Assembly (NCBI GenBank): GCA_016182965.1
Contig: JACPFM010000129.1
Location: 1,366 to 65,365, forward strand
Direction of reading: 5' to 3'
DNA length: 64,000 bases
Source of the DNA: Deltaproteobacteria bacterium
GTDB lineage: Bacteria; Myxococcota_A; Polyangia; Polyangiales; JADJMO01
Shown here: one piece after another, positions 12,352 through 21,748 of the stretch
Layout of the letters: every line of letters begins with the position of its first letter
Numbering within the stretch: position 1 is the first letter of the stretch
Translations under genes and position numbers: made by a program
The notes under the pieces: model-generated
What the model was told of the DNA's origin: nothing
Seen by the model: only the letters and a program-made list of their open reading frames with translations
The model's database searches: none

Positions 12352-13017
12352 ATGATGTCGCCCATGGCCGATCCGACCTCCCGAGCGGGTACCACCTACG
12401 TCAGCCAAGAGATCATCGCGTGGACCAATCGCGTCCACGCGTCGCACGACCCGAGTCTGCAGGCGGCGTTCGACACGCCCGCCATGACCGGCATCCCCGC
12501 GATCATGGTCGGCGAATCCGAGGGCAAGCTGCTCTCGATGCTCGTGGCCATGATCCGCGCGAAGAAGGTGGTCGAGATCGGCACGCTCGCGGGGTACTCG
12601 GCCATCCAGCTCGCGCGCGGCGTCGGTCTCGGCGGGCGCGTGTGGTCGATCGAGAACGATCCGAAGCACGCGGAGCTCGCGCGCGAGAACGTGCGGACGG
12701 CCGGGCTCGGCGCGATCATCACGGTCGAGGTGGGCGCCGGGCTCGAGGTGTTGCCACGCCTGCAGGCGCACGGGCCGTTCGACGCGGTGTTCATCGACGC
12801 CGACAAGGCCAACTACGACGAGTACGGGCGGTGGGCGGCGGCGAACGTCCGGCCGGGAGGGCTGCTGCTCGGCGACAACGCGTTCTTGTTCGGTAAGCTG
12901 CTCGAGGATTCGCCCACCGCGGCCGCGATGCGGCGCTTCCACGAGGAGGCGCGCGCAGCGTTCGAGACGGTGTGCATCCCCACTCCGGATGGGCTGCTGC
13001 TCGGGGTGCGTCGGTGA
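12352..13017 (+). CDS. O-methyltransferase (caffeoyl-CoA OMT / Methyltransf_3 family)
   Basis: VEIGTLAGYS, FDAVFIDADKANY, GGLLLGDN; start may be 12364. Confidence 0.92.
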   Translation: MMSPMADPTSRAGTTYVSQEIIAWTNRVHASHDPSLQAAFDTPAMTGIPAIMVGESEGKLLSMLVAMIRAKKVVEIGTLAGYSAIQLARGVGLGGRVWSIENDPKHAELARENVRTAGLGAIITVEVGAGLEVLPRLQAHGPFDAVFIDADKANYDEYGRWAAANVRPGGLLLGDNAFLFGKLLEDSPTAAAMRRFHEEARAAFETVCIPTPDGLLLGVRR

Positions 13018-13143
13018 GGGTCCGTCGGGCCTGCCCCGACCGACGCCCCGCTCCCGCTCTCGATTGGTCGTAGGGCGCAGCCGCTCTTCGTCGGCCGGGA
13101 GCGGTTGCGTCCCGGCGCGCGAATGCGCACCGATGGAGGGGCC

Positions 13144-13575
13144 ATGCCGATCTACCGATGCGAGTCCTGCGGAACGCTCAACCGTGTCCCTCCCGAGCGG
13201 AAGGGCCAGCGGCCCAAGTGCGGGCGCTGCAAGAACCTCGTCGACATCAGCGGCCTGCCGCAGGAGGTCGACGACGACGGGTTCGACGCCCTCTTGCGCG
13301 ACTCGCCGGTCCCGGTGCTCGTCGACTTCTGGGCGCCGTGGTGCGGCCCTTGCCACATGGCCTCGCCGATCGTCGAAGAGATGGGCGAAGAGCGCGCCGG
13401 CGACCTGCTGGTCGTCAAGGTCAACACCGACGAGGCGAAGCGCGTCGCCGGGCGGTTCGGCATCCGCAGCATCCCCACGTTCATGATCTTCCGCGACGGC
13501 AAGGAGGTCGCGCGGCAGAGCGGCGTCATGCAGCCGCCGCAGATGCGCAAGTGGATCGAGCGCGCCGTCGGGTGA
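13144..13575 (+). CDS. trxC: Thioredoxin 2 with N-terminal zinc finger
   Basis: CESC..NRV..PKCGRC zinc site plus WAPWCGPC active site; GGAGG RBS. Confidence 0.92.
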   Translation: MPIYRCESCGTLNRVPPERKGQRPKCGRCKNLVDISGLPQEVDDDGFDALLRDSPVPVLVDFWAPWCGPCHMASPIVEEMGEERAGDLLVVKVNTDEAKRVAGRFGIRSIPTFMIFRDGKEVARQSGVMQPPQMRKWIERAVG

Positions 13576-13686
13576 GGCGCCGATCGGCGCCGGCTCCGCG
13601 GCGAGCGGACGCCCTGCGTGATCCCAATGGGCGGCGCGCCCCGCCTTTGACGACGCGCGCGCGCCGATCGAAGTTCGAGCCGCTCC

Positions 13687-15582
13687 ATGTCGCCGCCCGA
13701 CCAGCAGCGTCCCGGCTGGCGTAACTTCCGGTTCCCCACGCTCGGCCAGGCGCCGCTCGATCTGCGCATCGTCGGGCGCACGCTTCTGCACGCGGTGATC
13801 GTCGGCGCCGCCGCGGGCACGCTCGGCGTCCTGTTCTTCCACGGGCTCGAGGTCGCGCAGTACTGGGCGCTCGAGCGCGCAACCGGCTTCGTCCCGCTGC
13901 GCGCGCGCGGCGAGCCGGAGGTGGCGAGCGCCGGTCCGGTGCCGTTCCGGCCGTGGCTGCTGTGGCTCGTCCCCGCGCTCGGCGCGCTGCTCGGTGGCTG
14001 GATCAGCGCGCGCTTCGCCCCCGAGACGCAGGGCGGCGGCGGCGACGCGATGATCGACGCGTTCCACACCAAGGGCGGCGTGATCCGCCGGCGCGTGGTG
14101 GTCGTGAAGGGGCTCGCGTCGATCTTCACGCTGGGCAGCGGCGGCTCCGGCGGGCGCGAGGGGCCGACCATGCAGATCGGCGCCGCCATCGGCTCGATCG
14201 TCGCGCGCTACCTGCGCGTCGACACACGCGAGCGCCGCATCCTCCTCGTGGCCGGGTGCGCGGCCGGCATGGCCGCCGTGTTCCGCACCCCGCTCGGCGC
14301 GGCGCTCCTCGCCGTCGAGATCCTCTACCGCGACGACTTCGAGTCCGACGCGCTGATCCCCGCGTTGCTCGCGAGCGTCGTGTCGTACTCGGTGTTCGTG
14401 TCCGTGTACGGCGAGTCCAAGCTCTTCGCGCACGCGCCCAGCTACCCGTTCGTGCCGGCGCACCTCCCGCTGTACGGCTTGATGGCGCTCGTGGTCGCCG
14501 TCGCGGCCGTCCTGTTCCTCACCGTGCTCCGCGCGGTGCAGGGGTGGACCAAGCGGCTCCGCCTGCGTCCGTGGGTCAAGCCGGCGATCGGCGGTCTGGT
14601 CGTCGGCGCGATCGCCGCGGCGGTGATCACCGTCCTCGGCCCGCGCTTGGGTCAGCCGGGTCAGGGCTTCGGGATCCTCGGCGGCGGCTACGGCCTCGCG
14701 CAGCTGTCGATCGTCGGCGGCGGCTTCCTCCCCGAGGGCTGGCGCGCCGTCCAGCTGCTCGTGCTGCTCCTCCTCGTCAAGATCGTCGTCACCTCGTTCA
14801 CCGTCGGCACCGGCGGCAGCGCCGGCGATTTCGGTCCGTCGCTGGTGATGGGCGGCCTGGTCGGCGGCGCGTTCGGGCGCGCGGCGCAGCTCGTCTTCCA
14901 CGACCCGCGCATCGATCCCGGCGCGTTCGCGCTCGTCGGGATGGGCACCTTCTACGGCGGCATCGCCCACGTGCCGGTGAGCTCGCTCGTGATGACCTGC
15001 GAGCTCGCCGGCAGCTACGACCTGCTCGTGCCGCTGATGCTGGCCGAGGGCGTCGCGTTCGTCGCGCTGCGCCGGCGCTCGCTCTATCACGCGCAGGTCG
15101 CCACCAAGCGCGACTCGCCGGCGCACGCGCACGAGCTCATCGCCGACGTGCTCGAGACGCGCAAGGTCTCCGAGGTGCTGGTGCGCGATCGCGCCTTCGT
15201 GCGGCTGTCTCCGGCGATGCCGCTGCACGACGTGCTCGAGCGCATCGCGGAGAACGACTGGCAGGACGCCTTCCCGGTGATCGACGCCAAGGGCGACATG
15301 ATCGGCCTGGTCGACACCGCCACGCTGCGCGGCATCGGCGCCGATCACGAGGTCGAGCGCGTGGTCCTCGCCGCCGACGTCATGCGCGCGCCGGTCACCG
15401 TGAAGCTCGAGGACGACCTGCACGACGCGGTGCAGGCGATGCTGCAGAGCGGCTTCCGCGAGCTCCCGGTCGTCGACGAGGCCGGGAAGATCGTCGGCTT
15501 CCTCGACGAGGCCGACGTGGCGCGGGTGTACGTCGAGATCACCGAGGCGGTGCCGCCGCCGTCTTCGACCCGAGGGCGGTGA
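13687..15582 (+). CDS. ClC chloride channel / H+:Cl- antiporter with CBS domains
   Basis: GSGGREGP, FRTPLGAAL, GGSAGDFGPS motifs; C-terminal CBS pair. Confidence 0.93.
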   Translation: MSPPDQQRPGWRNFRFPTLGQAPLDLRIVGRTLLHAVIVGAAAGTLGVLFFHGLEVAQYWALERATGFVPLRARGEPEVASAGPVPFRPWLLWLVPALGALLGGWISARFAPETQGGGGDAMIDAFHTKGGVIRRRVVVVKGLASIFTLGSGGSGGREGPTMQIGAAIGSIVARYLRVDTRERRILLVAGCAAGMAAVFRTPLGAALLAVEILYRDDFESDALIPALLASVVSYSVFVSVYGESKLFAHAPSYPFVPAHLPLYGLMALVVAVAAVLFLTVLRAVQGWTKRLRLRPWVKPAIGGLVVGAIAAAVITVLGPRLGQPGQGFGILGGGYGLAQLSIVGGGFLPEGWRAVQLLVLLLLVKIVVTSFTVGTGGSAGDFGPSLVMGGLVGGAFGRAAQLVFHDPRIDPGAFALVGMGTFYGGIAHVPVSSLVMTCELAGSYDLLVPLMLAEGVAFVALRRRSLYHAQVATKRDSPAHAHELIADVLETRKVSEVLVRDRAFVRLSPAMPLHDVLERIAENDWQDAFPVIDAKGDMIGLVDTATLRGIGADHEVERVVLAADVMRAPVTVKLEDDLHDAVQAMLQSGFRELPVVDEAGKIVGFLDEADVARVYVEITEAVPPPSSTRGR

Positions 15583-16161
15583 TCACCCGAGCACGTCGTG
15601 GCCGAACGCCAACAGGAGCTCGGCCACCGCGGTGAGGGGGAGGCCGACGATGGCGGTGTGATCGACCCCCTCCATCGCCTCGAACAGGAGCGCGCCGGCC
15701 GCCTCGACCTTGTAGGCGCCGGCGCAGTCGAAGGGCTGGTCGCGATCGACGTAGGCGGCGAGCTGCGCCTCGGTCAGCGCGCGCATGCGCATGACGTGGA
15801 TCACCGTGCGCGTCAGCGTGCGCCCGGATGCCGGCTCATGGACGGCCACCGCGGTGAACAGCCGGTGCTCTCGCCCCGACAACGCGCGGAGCTGCTCGAT
15901 CGCGGCGTCGCGGGAGCCGGGCTTGGTCAGCACGCGGCCGTCGACGGCCGGGATCTGATCGGCGCCGAGGATCAGCGCGTCGGGGAGCTGCGCAGCGAGG
16001 CTCTCCGCCTTGCCGCGCGCGAGCTCGACGACGAGCTCGGAGGGCTCGCGCGCGTGCCCGTGCTCCTCGACGAACGGCGGCGACACGGCCTCGTAGCGGA
16101 TGCCCGCCGCGTCGAGGAGCGCACGGCGGTACTGGCTGGTCGAGGCGAGGACGAGGCGCAT
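15583..16161 (-). CDS. maf: Maf family nucleoside triphosphate pyrophosphatase
   Basis: LVLASTSQYRRALL, ILGADQ, KPG, CAGAYKVE, IVGLPL. Confidence 0.92.
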   Translation of the reverse strand: MRLVLASTSQYRRALLDAAGIRYEAVSPPFVEEHGHAREPSELVVELARGKAESLAAQLPDALILGADQIPAVDGRVLTKPGSRDAAIEQLRALSGREHRLFTAVAVHEPASGRTLTRTVIHVMRMRALTEAQLAAYVDRDQPFDCAGAYKVEAAGALLFEAMEGVDHTAIVGLPLTAVAELLLAFGHDVLG

Positions 16162-16219
16162 CAGGACGACGCCGAGGTATGGCGCGCGATCGCGCGCGTC
16201 CACACGCTACCATCGATCC

Positions 16220-16579
16220 ATGGAAGGTCACGACAGGCTCGGCGCGTTCGTCGCCGAGCTCCGAGCGTTCGTCGCCGAGCGAGATTGGCGCAAGTTCCAC
16301 GACCCGAAGAACCTCTCGATGCTGCTCGCGTCCGAGGCGGGAGAGCTCGCCGGCGTGCTCCGCTGGGTCGACAACGCCGAGGCCGACGCCGCGGCGAGCG
16401 CCGAGCCCCTGCGGACGAAGCTCACGCACGAGATCGCCGACGTGGCCATCGCGGTCCTGCTCCTCTGCGATCGCCTCGGGCTCGACCTGGTCGACATCGC
16501 GCGCGCGAAGCTCGAGCTGAATCGCCGCAACTACCCGGTCGAGCAGGCGCGCGGGAACGCCGAGCGCCCGCCGCGCTAG
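16220..16579 (+). CDS. MazG-like nucleotide pyrophosphohydrolase (dCTP pyrophosphatase-like)
   Basis: FVAERDWRKFHDPKNL..EAGEL..EIADV..KLELNRRNYP. Confidence 0.9.
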   Translation: MEGHDRLGAFVAELRAFVAERDWRKFHDPKNLSMLLASEAGELAGVLRWVDNAEADAAASAEPLRTKLTHEIADVAIAVLLLCDRLGLDLVDIARAKLELNRRNYPVEQARGNAERPPR

Positions 16580-16613
16580 CGCGGCGTACGAGGCGCGACG
16601 GGAGCACGGACAA

Positions 16614-16993
16614 GGCCGTGTCCCTGAATCCCCCCGGGATGAATCCCGGGGCACCGAAAGCTTCGTAAGCCTGCTTCGCAGGCTCCTCGCGCTGTGCGCG
16701 GTAAAGGCGGGGGTGCGCGGAAGCCGAAAACTCGGCGGTCCGCAGGGGAGCGTGCGCGAGCGCGGGCGCGCTGCTTTGGCTGCGGAATCCAGCGAGTGCG
16801 AGCTCCGGCACTCGCCGACTCCGTCGGCAACCAACAGAAGCGTGTCGCTGTGAGCGCCGAGCATGCCCGGCGTCGACGAACCCACCCCCCCCGGCGCCGG
16901 TTGCATGCGCCGCGTCCGAGGAGCCCGCTTCAGCGGGCTTACGATGCCGTCGGTGCCCCGGGCTTCCAGCCCGGGGGCACTTAGGGACAGGCC
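16614..16993. mobile_element. REPIN/MITE-like non-coding element with ~75 bp imperfect terminal inverted repeats
   Basis: 16614-16689 is the approximate reverse complement of 16917-16993; each arm contains CCCGGG-loop-CCCGGG and AGCC..GGCT hairpins. Confidence 0.7.
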
Positions 16994-17027
16994 CTAGTCG
17001 GCCGCGCTCGCCACGCGCGTCCGGACG

Positions 17028-18509
17028 ATGCACAAAGAGGGGGTGGAACACCTCGACGTGCTCATCGTCGGCGCCGGGCTCTCGGGCATCGGCGCCGCGT
17101 ACCACCTGCAGACGCGCTGCCCCGCGAAGTCGTACGCCATCCTCGAGGCGCGCGAGAGCCTCGGCGGCACGTGGGATCTGTTCCGTTATCCGGGCATCCG
17201 CTCGGACTCGGACATGTTCACCCTCGGCTACTCGTTCAGGCCGTGGACGAACCCCAAGGCGATCGCCGACGGTTCGGCCATCCTCGCCTACATCCGCGAG
17301 ACGGCCGAGGCGTACGGGATCGATCGCCAGATCCGCTACCGGAAGAGGGTCGAGCGCGCGCGATGGTCGAGCGAGCACGCGCGCTGGACGGTCGACGTGC
17401 GCGACGGCGCGACGGGCCAGGTGGAGCAGCTCACGTGCAGCTTCCTCTTCGCCGCCGCCGGCTACTACGACTACGACGAGGGCTACACGCCGGAGCTGCC
17501 CGGTCGCGAGCGGTTCCGCGGGCGCGTCGTCCACCCGCAGAAGTGGACGCCGGACATCGAGTGGGCGGGCAAGCGCGTCGTCGTCATCGGCAGCGGCGCC
17601 ACGGCGGTGACGCTTGTGCCGGAGCTGTCCAAGCGCGCGGCGCACGTCACGATGCTGCAGCGCTCGCCGACGTACGTCGTGAGCATGCCGGAGCGCGATC
17701 GCATCGCGAACTGGGCGCGCGCGTTCTTGCCGGGCGAGGCGGCGTACGGGATCACGCGCTGGAAGAACGTGCTCCTCAGCATGGCCTTCTTCGAGCTCTG
17801 CCGGCGCTTCCCTGCGCGCGCGAAGCGGCTGATCCTCCGGCAGGTCAAGCAGCGCATCGGCGCCGGGGTCGACGTCGACACGCACTTCACGCCTCGATAC
17901 GACCCGTGGGATCAGCGCCTGTGCCTCGTGCCCGACGGCGATCTGTTCGAGTCCATCCGCGATGGCCGCGTGTCGGTGGTCACCGATCACATCGAGTCGT
18001 TCACCGAGACGGGCATCCTCCTGAAGTCGGGCCGCGAGCTTCCGGCCGATCTGATCGTCACGGCGACCGGCTTGAAGCTGAAGCTGTTCGGCGGCATCCA
18101 GGTGGAGGTCGACGGCCAAGCGGTCGATCCGTCGAAGGCGCTCGTCTACAAAGGCATGATGGTGAGCGACGTGCCGAACATGGCGTTCGCCATCGGGTAC
18201 ACCAACGCGTCGTGGACGTTGAAGTGCGACCTGGTGAGCGAGTACGTCTGCCGGCTGCTGAACCACATGGACGAGCGCGGCTACCGCGCGTGCGTGCCGC
18301 GGCGCACCGATCCGACGCTGCGCGAAGAGCCGCTCATCGACTTCAGCTCCGGCTACGTGCAACGCGCGCTCGACTTCATGCCCAAGCAGGGGTCGCGCGC
18401 GCCGTGGAAGCTGTACCAGAACTACGCGCTCGATCGGCTCACGTTCCGCCGCGGCCGCGTCGACGACGGCGTGATGGAGTTCACCGCCCGGCCGCGCGCG
18501 CGCGCATGA
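17028..18509 (+). CDS. Flavin-containing monooxygenase (EthA-like BVMO)
   Basis: GAGLSGIG, GGTWDLFRYPGIRSDSDM, HPQKW, GSGATAVT, ATG, GYTNASWTLK. Confidence 0.93.
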   Translation: MHKEGVEHLDVLIVGAGLSGIGAAYHLQTRCPAKSYAILEARESLGGTWDLFRYPGIRSDSDMFTLGYSFRPWTNPKAIADGSAILAYIRETAEAYGIDRQIRYRKRVERARWSSEHARWTVDVRDGATGQVEQLTCSFLFAAAGYYDYDEGYTPELPGRERFRGRVVHPQKWTPDIEWAGKRVVVIGSGATAVTLVPELSKRAAHVTMLQRSPTYVVSMPERDRIANWARAFLPGEAAYGITRWKNVLLSMAFFELCRRFPARAKRLILRQVKQRIGAGVDVDTHFTPRYDPWDQRLCLVPDGDLFESIRDGRVSVVTDHIESFTETGILLKSGRELPADLIVTATGLKLKLFGGIQVEVDGQAVDPSKALVYKGMMVSDVPNMAFAIGYTNASWTLKCDLVSEYVCRLLNHMDERGYRACVPRRTDPTLREEPLIDFSSGYVQRALDFMPKQGSRAPWKLYQNYALDRLTFRRGRVDDGVMEFTARPRARA

Positions 18510-19596
18510 GCAGCCGGCCGCGCGGGCGCTGGGCCGACGCGATCGCGTCGTCGATCACGTGGCGGTGCGGCGACTTCGCGCAGACCGGATCGGCGTTGGT
18601 CGGATCGCCGGTGAGGAGCATCGCCTGGCAGCGGCAGCCGCCGAAGTCCTTGTCCCGCTCGTCGCACGAGCGGCAGGGCTCCTTCATCCAGAGGTCGCCG
18701 CGGAACGCCTGGAAGGCGGGTGAAGAGCGCCAGATCCACTCGAGCGGGTGGCGGCGCACGTTGGGGAGCTCGAGCCCGCGGATCACCCGCGCCGCCTGAC
18801 AGGGCAGCGCCGTGCCGTCGGGCGCGACGGTGAGGTGGACGGCACCCCACCCGTTCATGCACGCCTTGGGGCGCTGCTCGTAATAGTCGGGCACCACGAA
18901 GTAGATGGTCATGTGCCGCCCGAGGCGCGCGCGCGCCGCCCGCACCACCGCCTCGGCGGCCTCGACCTGTGCGCGCGTCGGGAGGAGCTCGTCGCGATTC
19001 GCGAGCGCCCAGCCGTAGTACTGGAGGTTCGCGAGCTCGACGAACTCGACGCCCAGCTCCTCGGCGAGCGCGAGCAGCGGCTCGATCCGATCGACGTTGC
19101 GCCGGGACACCGGCACGTTGAGCACCATCGGGTAGCCCGCCGCCTTGATCGCACGCGCGATCGCGATCTTGTGCTCGCCGACGCGCGCGCCGACCAGCTC
19201 GTCGCCGAGGGCTGGGTCGCGCGCCTGGATCGACAGCTGGATCTGCCTCAGGCCCGCCGCCTTCAAGCGCACGAGGCGCTCCTCGGTCAGCGCGACGCCC
19301 GAGGTGATCAGGTTCGTGTAGTAGCCGAGCCGATCGGCCTCCGCGACGAGCTCCTCGAGGTCCTTGCGCAGACAGGGCTCGCCGCCGGTGAACCCGAGCT
19401 GCAGCGCGCCCAGGCTGCGCGCCTCCGCGAGCACCCGCTTCCACTCGTCGGTCGAGAGCTCGCTGTCGTACGCGTCGAGGTCGAGCGGGTTGCTGCACCA
19501 CGAGCACCGGAGCGGGCAGCGGTAGGTGAGCTCCGCCACGAGCCATAGCGGCTGCCCGCGCCCGTCAAGCGTCGGTGCGGATCCAGCCTCGCTCAC
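18481..19596 (-). CDS. pqqE: PQQ biosynthesis radical SAM/SPASM peptide cyclase PqqE
   Basis: ELTYRCPLRCSWCSNP, LITSG, LANLQYYGWA..NR, PKACMNGWG, CRSC..DFGGCRCQA, DPVC. Confidence 0.95.
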   Translation of the reverse strand: MSEAGSAPTLDGRGQPLWLVAELTYRCPLRCSWCSNPLDLDAYDSELSTDEWKRVLAEARSLGALQLGFTGGEPCLRKDLEELVAEADRLGYYTNLITSGVALTEERLVRLKAAGLRQIQLSIQARDPALGDELVGARVGEHKIAIARAIKAAGYPMVLNVPVSRRNVDRIEPLLALAEELGVEFVELANLQYYGWALANRDELLPTRAQVEAAEAVVRAARARLGRHMTIYFVVPDYYEQRPKACMNGWGAVHLTVAPDGTALPCQAARVIRGLELPNVRRHPLEWIWRSSPAFQAFRGDLWMKEPCRSCDERDKDFGGCRCQAMLLTGDPTNADPVCAKSPHRHVIDDAIASAQRPRGRLLMRARAAGR

Positions 19597-19843
19597 GCGC
19601 GTCCTCCAGGAACTGCAGCACGTCCGCCCGGATGGCGTCGACTGCCTCGACGGCGAACTCCTCGGCGAGCTGCGCGACGATGTCGGCGACGCGCTGCCCC
19701 GTGCATCGCGAGAGGATCTCCGCCGCCGTGGCGTTGAGCTTCACGATGCCCTCCGGGTAGAGCAACACGTGCGCGTCCTGCGAGGGCTCCCAGCGGAAGA
19801 GGTACGCTGGGCTCTTTCGGACCACGTCGTCGAGCCGGATCAT
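19565..19843 (-). CDS. pqqD: PQQ biosynthesis peptide chaperone PqqD
   Basis: FRWEPSQDAHVLLYPEGIVKLNATAAEIL..DVLQFLEDARERGWI; directly upstream of pqqE. Confidence 0.93.
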   Translation of the reverse strand: MIRLDDVVRKSPAYLFRWEPSQDAHVLLYPEGIVKLNATAAEILSRCTGQRVADIVAQLAEEFAVEAVDAIRADVLQFLEDARERGWIRTDA

Positions 19844-19935
19844 CAGCGCGTGTTCTCGTAGGCGGTGACCTCGAAGCCGAGCCGGAGGTCCTGGTAGGCC
19901 GGTCGGATCCACGTGCGCTTGGGGCGGTCGGTCAT
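19843..19935 (-). CDS. pqqA: PQQ precursor peptide PqqA (30 aa, absent from the ORF track)
   Basis: Manual translation MTDRPKRTWIRPAYQDLRLGFEVTAYENTR; W..P.Y.DLR.GFEVT.Y with the ExxxY core; AGGAG/GGAG RBS; TGATG coupling to pqqD. Confidence 0.93.
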   Translation of the reverse strand: MTDRPKRTWIRPAYQDLRLGFEVTAYENTR

Positions 19936-20058
19936 CTCCGGGCTCCTGTCGCGTCTCGGTCCGTCGCGAATCGGCGGTCGAACCCTGCGCGGTTGGATGC
20001 CCCGCTGCGCGCCTTGCTGCGCGGAGCGCGACCGTCGGACGGCCCGGCCCAGCCCCCC

Positions 20059-20177
20059 CGTTCGCGATCGCGTCCGCGTCCGCGTTCGCCTTCGCCTTCG
20101 CGTCCGCCTTCGCGTTCGCGTGCGCCTTCGCGTTCGCGTTCGCGTTCGCGTTCGCGTTCGCCTTCGCGTTCGCCTTC
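20059..20177. repeat. Intergenic degenerate hexamer array (GCGTTC/GCCTTC/GCGTCC)n, about 19-20 units
   Basis: Read directly; lies upstream of pqqA. Confidence 0.9.
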
Positions 20178-20186
20178 CCGCCTCCG

Positions 20187-20594
20187 TCAGCCGGTCTCGC
20201 CGGCGTCCGACGAGGCATCCACGGCCGCCCCGGCGTCGCCCGCCGCGTCGGACGCAGCGTCTCCCTGGACGTTGCCGTCCGACGTACCGTCGGCAACGCC
20301 GTCACCCCCGCCGTCGAACGGACCGGGCCCCGGCATGCAGGGCCCGTCTTCGACCGCCTGCCACGCGCCGCTCTCGCACACGAGAGCGACGGTGCGACCC
20401 GTGGAGTCGGACACGCAGACGGCCCCGCCGCTGCACGCGCACCCACGGCTCCCCGCGGCGTAGGCGCGATCGAGGTTGCTCGAGGGCGAGTAGCAGGACG
20501 CGTCGGAGGACTCGCTGGAGCAGCCGCCCGACCATGCGAGAGCGGCGAACGCGAGGGCGAGCACCGAGCACCCGAGCGACGAGGCGCGGTTCAT
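20187..20594 (-). CDS. Small Cys-containing lipoprotein
   Basis: MNRASS..LAWSGGC signal/lipobox; Cys domain ending EDGPC; Asp/Ala-rich tail. Confidence 0.7.
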   Translation of the reverse strand: MNRASSLGCSVLALAFAALAWSGGCSSESSDASCYSPSSNLDRAYAAGSRGCACSGGAVCVSDSTGRTVALVCESGAWQAVEDGPCMPGPGPFDGGGDGVADGTSDGNVQGDAASDAAGDAGAAVDASSDAGETG

Positions 20595-20986
20595 GCGGAG
20601 GTCTTTCGTGAAGGATCGTGGTTCGGACCGTGTGTCGACGAAGCAGGCTGCGTGCCACCGCCGCGCCGCGAGCGCCGAGCACCGGTCGACGAACATCCGC
20701 GCGCGATCGGTGTCCCTGGGGCGGCGCGGTGTGCCAGCCATGACGGCGCCGTCAGCCATGTTCCGCCGCAAGGGACCCCGACGCCGCGTGACGACGCGGC
20801 ACGCGCGTCGATCAGCGGCCCGCACGGCATGACGCCCGTCCACCCCCGCCGTCCACCGACCGCACGTGTCAGCCGTGTCCCCGGTCCGATCACCGTGTCG
20901 GTGACCGTCCGAGTGGCGCCTTTCACGAACGCTGCCAGTGCCTGTTTTTGACCGCTGCGCCGTTGACGGCGGGGTCTCGGCGTCAT

Positions 20987-21733
20987 ATGCTGAATCAAGT
21001 GAAGCGATCGCGCCAGCTCCCGCTCCACTTCCGCAGCCACGGCGGTCGGCGTCCGGGGGCTGGTCGCAAGCGCCGGTCCGACGATTCGGTGCCCCACGCG
21101 CCGCGCCCAGCGTTCGACGGCGCGCGCCAACCGCTGCACGTCACGCTGCGCATGGCGCGCGGGGTCTTCAACCTGCGTAGCCAACGCGGCTACCGCGTCA
21201 TCGAGCGCACGCTCGCCGACGAGCGCCGCCTCGCCGACGGCGCGCCAACCGCTCGTCGCGCGCAGCGCAGGGCACGCACCGACGCCGCCGAGGCGCCGCC
21301 GCTCCGCGTCGTGCACTACTCCGTGCAAGGCAACCACGTGCACCTGGTGCTCGAGGCGGCCGATCGGGCGGCCCTCTCGGCGCGCATGCGCTCCTTCTCC
21401 ATCCGCCTCGCGCGCAGGCTCAACGCGATGATGGGCCGCCGGCGCGGTCGCGTGATCGCCGAGCGCTACCATCTGCACGTGCTGCGCACCACGCGCGAGG
21501 TGCGCAACGCGATCCGCTACGTGGTGCTCAACCACGTGCGCCACGCCGCGCAGGCGGGTCGCGTCGGCATCACCGTCGACCCGTTCTCGTCCGGTCCGTC
21601 GTTCGCGCACTGGAGCGGGCCGGTGCGCGCGCTCGACTGGTCACCCGGCACCGGACCACCGCCAGTCGCGGCCCCATGCACGTGGTCGCTGCGCGTGGGC
21701 TGGTTGCGGCACGGGGCGATCGACGCACGTTGA
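20987..21733 (+). mobile_element. REP-associated tyrosine transposase (RAYT / Y1 HUH transposase)
   Basis: N-terminal HGGRRPGAGRK; PLHVTLR; HUH motif YSVQGNHVHLVLEA; RYH; NAIRYVVLN catalytic Tyr; DPFSS. Confidence 0.85.
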
Positions 21734-21748
21734 CCGCGCCCGCGCGCC

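Noticed and set aside
19844-20446. N-terminal extension of PqqD with ANANAK repeats (ORF 19565..20446)
   Set aside because: This is a spurious translation of the hexamer array; the true pqqD starts at 19843 and pqqA occupies another frame.
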